NCBI GenBank assembly: GCA_021613535.1
Contig: CP075497.1
Location: 558,001-622,000 of the forward strand
Length of the DNA: 64,000 nucleotides
From: Adineta vaga
Lineage: Eukaryota > Animalia > Rotifera
Reading direction: 5' to 3'
The stretch's first letter is position 1. The number at the start of each line of letters is the position of its first letter. This document shows positions 63,301-64,000 of this stretch, in pieces. Made by a program: the position numbers and the translations under genes. Below the pieces are notes generated by a model. That model worked only from the letters and a program-made list of their open reading frames with translations. It made no database searches and was not told the DNA's origin.

Positions 63301-64000
63301 CGATGATATAAAACAAAGTTACTCGCATACGAGAAGCATTTTTAGTAATTATAGGACAATAGGATATATTTATAATCAAAGAGATGATCATAAACAAGCG
63401 TTGAATTATTTTCTAAAATCAGAAGAAATATTAACAGAGTATTTAGGTAAAACAGAATTAAAAGGCATAGAAACTCTTTATGGTTCAATCGAATGTGCAT
63501 ATGTCATGCTCAACGAATTTGATCAAGCACTTCATTATTGCGAGAAACGTTTCCAGCAGGAGTTAATAAATCAGCGAGATTATGGTAAATATTATGCTTC
63601 AATTGCTTGTTACTATTATCAGAAAAAAGAATATTTAGTTTCATTATCAAAATATAAAATAGCATTGACTTTCTTACATAATACAAAATCGAAAAATTAT
63701 AAATTATTGTCAGAAGCATATTATTATGTAGCATCTATATATATGAAGTTGAACAATTATGATTATGCTTCAATTTATCAAAAACTAGCGATGAATAATG
63801 CTTTGCAATGTGATCCAATAGATTATAAACACCTCTCAAATATGTATGATATGCTTGGATTTCATCTTTCTCTTTTGAAACCGTTTGATTGTGACGAGCC
63901 ATTATACTATTATCTGAAAGCAATTGAACATTCAAAACACCCAGTCAGTATTTATTCAGGCATTCAATTGCTTTATTTGACCAATGGTCAGTTCAATAAA
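60359..64000 (+). CDS. Large ADP-ribosyltransferase-TPR protein (more than 1200 aa, open at the window edge)
   Basis: Manual translation from ATG 60359: MKRIIESSLKEE...AIRWYTRNSFLYRLLNEALR...LYRGQ...YFSTS...PDEMEVIF, then many TPR-like repeats. Its absence from the ORF track is consistent with no stop before 64000. Confidence 0.85.
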   Translation, partial: MKRIIESSLKEELQSSILFHVPPLTASLKLDSALAQLITLLPKIDVQEQIENDAYIIWLKQDRITVQEYINGINVKMFYANDELNDWISKIRTSNVFLIVDYILFESIKTLLLDSRNIILVYILMNETNAHSSLVANIQSTICKISSNKDELFHLIMQDIDMCTKDLISTSILDLVEKEESTNQIKNSSFLWYYLLIDSLFSLKTYTLTAKSDLIKYCRDRYSEDIIELEKISEFERDYSSTNAIRWYTRNSFLYRLLNEALRIRDIDTIFKLRFFIIDLQNQLEKNYNEELFVDQLRLYRGQLMSPLELEKLEKSIGKHISINTYFSTSVGLDVAKTFIGTEPSAVLFEIETDIAAHSGSKRTLPVSVQTLSVNPDEMEVIFPIGTIFNIESMKKEGNQWHIKLKQINHDDKLLQFIQTKYMNSHASTVRFGDLLLDMGDCEKAERYTQMLIDELIFSDDKVTIAYAYDLMGQVRSVRGDHKSALHWFENALDALPSENIYRGTIYLKICSVYLQGHDICNAHTYCSKALNYERHMDHSDLASMYILRGDIYQHMNNFDDALFYLNKSVNLCRSHMPNNHPIYVRIYLTLATIYETISDYKKALGFYKSVLCLLLQIVSEHHPDIVFAYERVAAMYINSGHYELAMVYCQKALTNIKKFQNDEDTNKYINPIVPIFLYSTVGALYAHHTDVANALDYAKKAVNEYIRYEYMIPKTYPIIESIYNSLGSAYDAVGDITSALDTYIKVLDLPVKDVSVRIMTLGNIANMYLKRSDREMALTYLYKSYDLISEIPSCLINYNHLANIMFGLSYAYKHKNDFETALSFAEKSLQLLLISPKQDSIRIAGAYSWLGLLCPDKMKMCCEEMIKLMLKDNFPALQGSIHNTTIGWYFYEQNNFSDAIIYFQKALNKIIAIIPVCYSDLMNAHQRLALTYVSMKTTDSNNALIHCEAIHDIYLQLVNMKEIPLKDKAKMRNIDGLLLPDDIKQSYSHTRSIFSNYRTIGYIYNQRDDHKQALNYFLKSEEILTEYLGKTELKGIETLYGSIECAYVMLNEFDQALHYCEKRFQQELINQRDYGKYYASIACYYYQKKEYLVSLSKYKIALTFLHNTKSKNYKLLSEAYYYVASIYMKLNNYDYASIYQKLAMNNALQCDPIDYKHLSNMYDMLGFHLSLLKPFDCDEPLYYYLKAIEHSKHPVSIYSGIQLLYLTNGQFNK

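Overview
AT-rich eukaryotic genomic DNA with short GT-AG introns. The gene-family mix and the TGTGGG/TGAGGG repeats point to a bdelloid rotifer (inference). Apparently intact genes: EF-hand protein, small secreted Cys-rich peptide, SRP54 paralog, type II FG-GAP repeat protein, two rhodopsin-like GPCRs, PAN/Apple-domain secreted protein, two ADP-ribosyltransferase-TPR proteins (one missed by the ORF track and running off the right edge), ApoL-like protein, TMEM120, a bacterial-type lytic transglycosylase and a multi-exon LRR gene. Between them are pseudogenes and orphan gene fragments, including a yeast-type SET6 half-gene, three pieces of one non-autonomous Helitron family, and a 1995-bp CCC...GGG DNA transposon that splits a 260-aa gene. 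The most striking structure is about 25-30 short inverted modules: (ATC)TTGAGGGTGTGGG... / variable spacer / ...CCCACACCCTCAAG(AT). Wherever both arms are present the G arm comes first. They are absent from the intact ORFs and repeatedly sit where genes, transposons and duplicated blocks are cut. They look like head-to-head fusions of telomere-capped ends, suggesting a cap-and-rejoin break-repair system that builds a mosaic genome. No rRNA, tRNA or CRISPR array was recognised. All assignments are by eye, without database searches.
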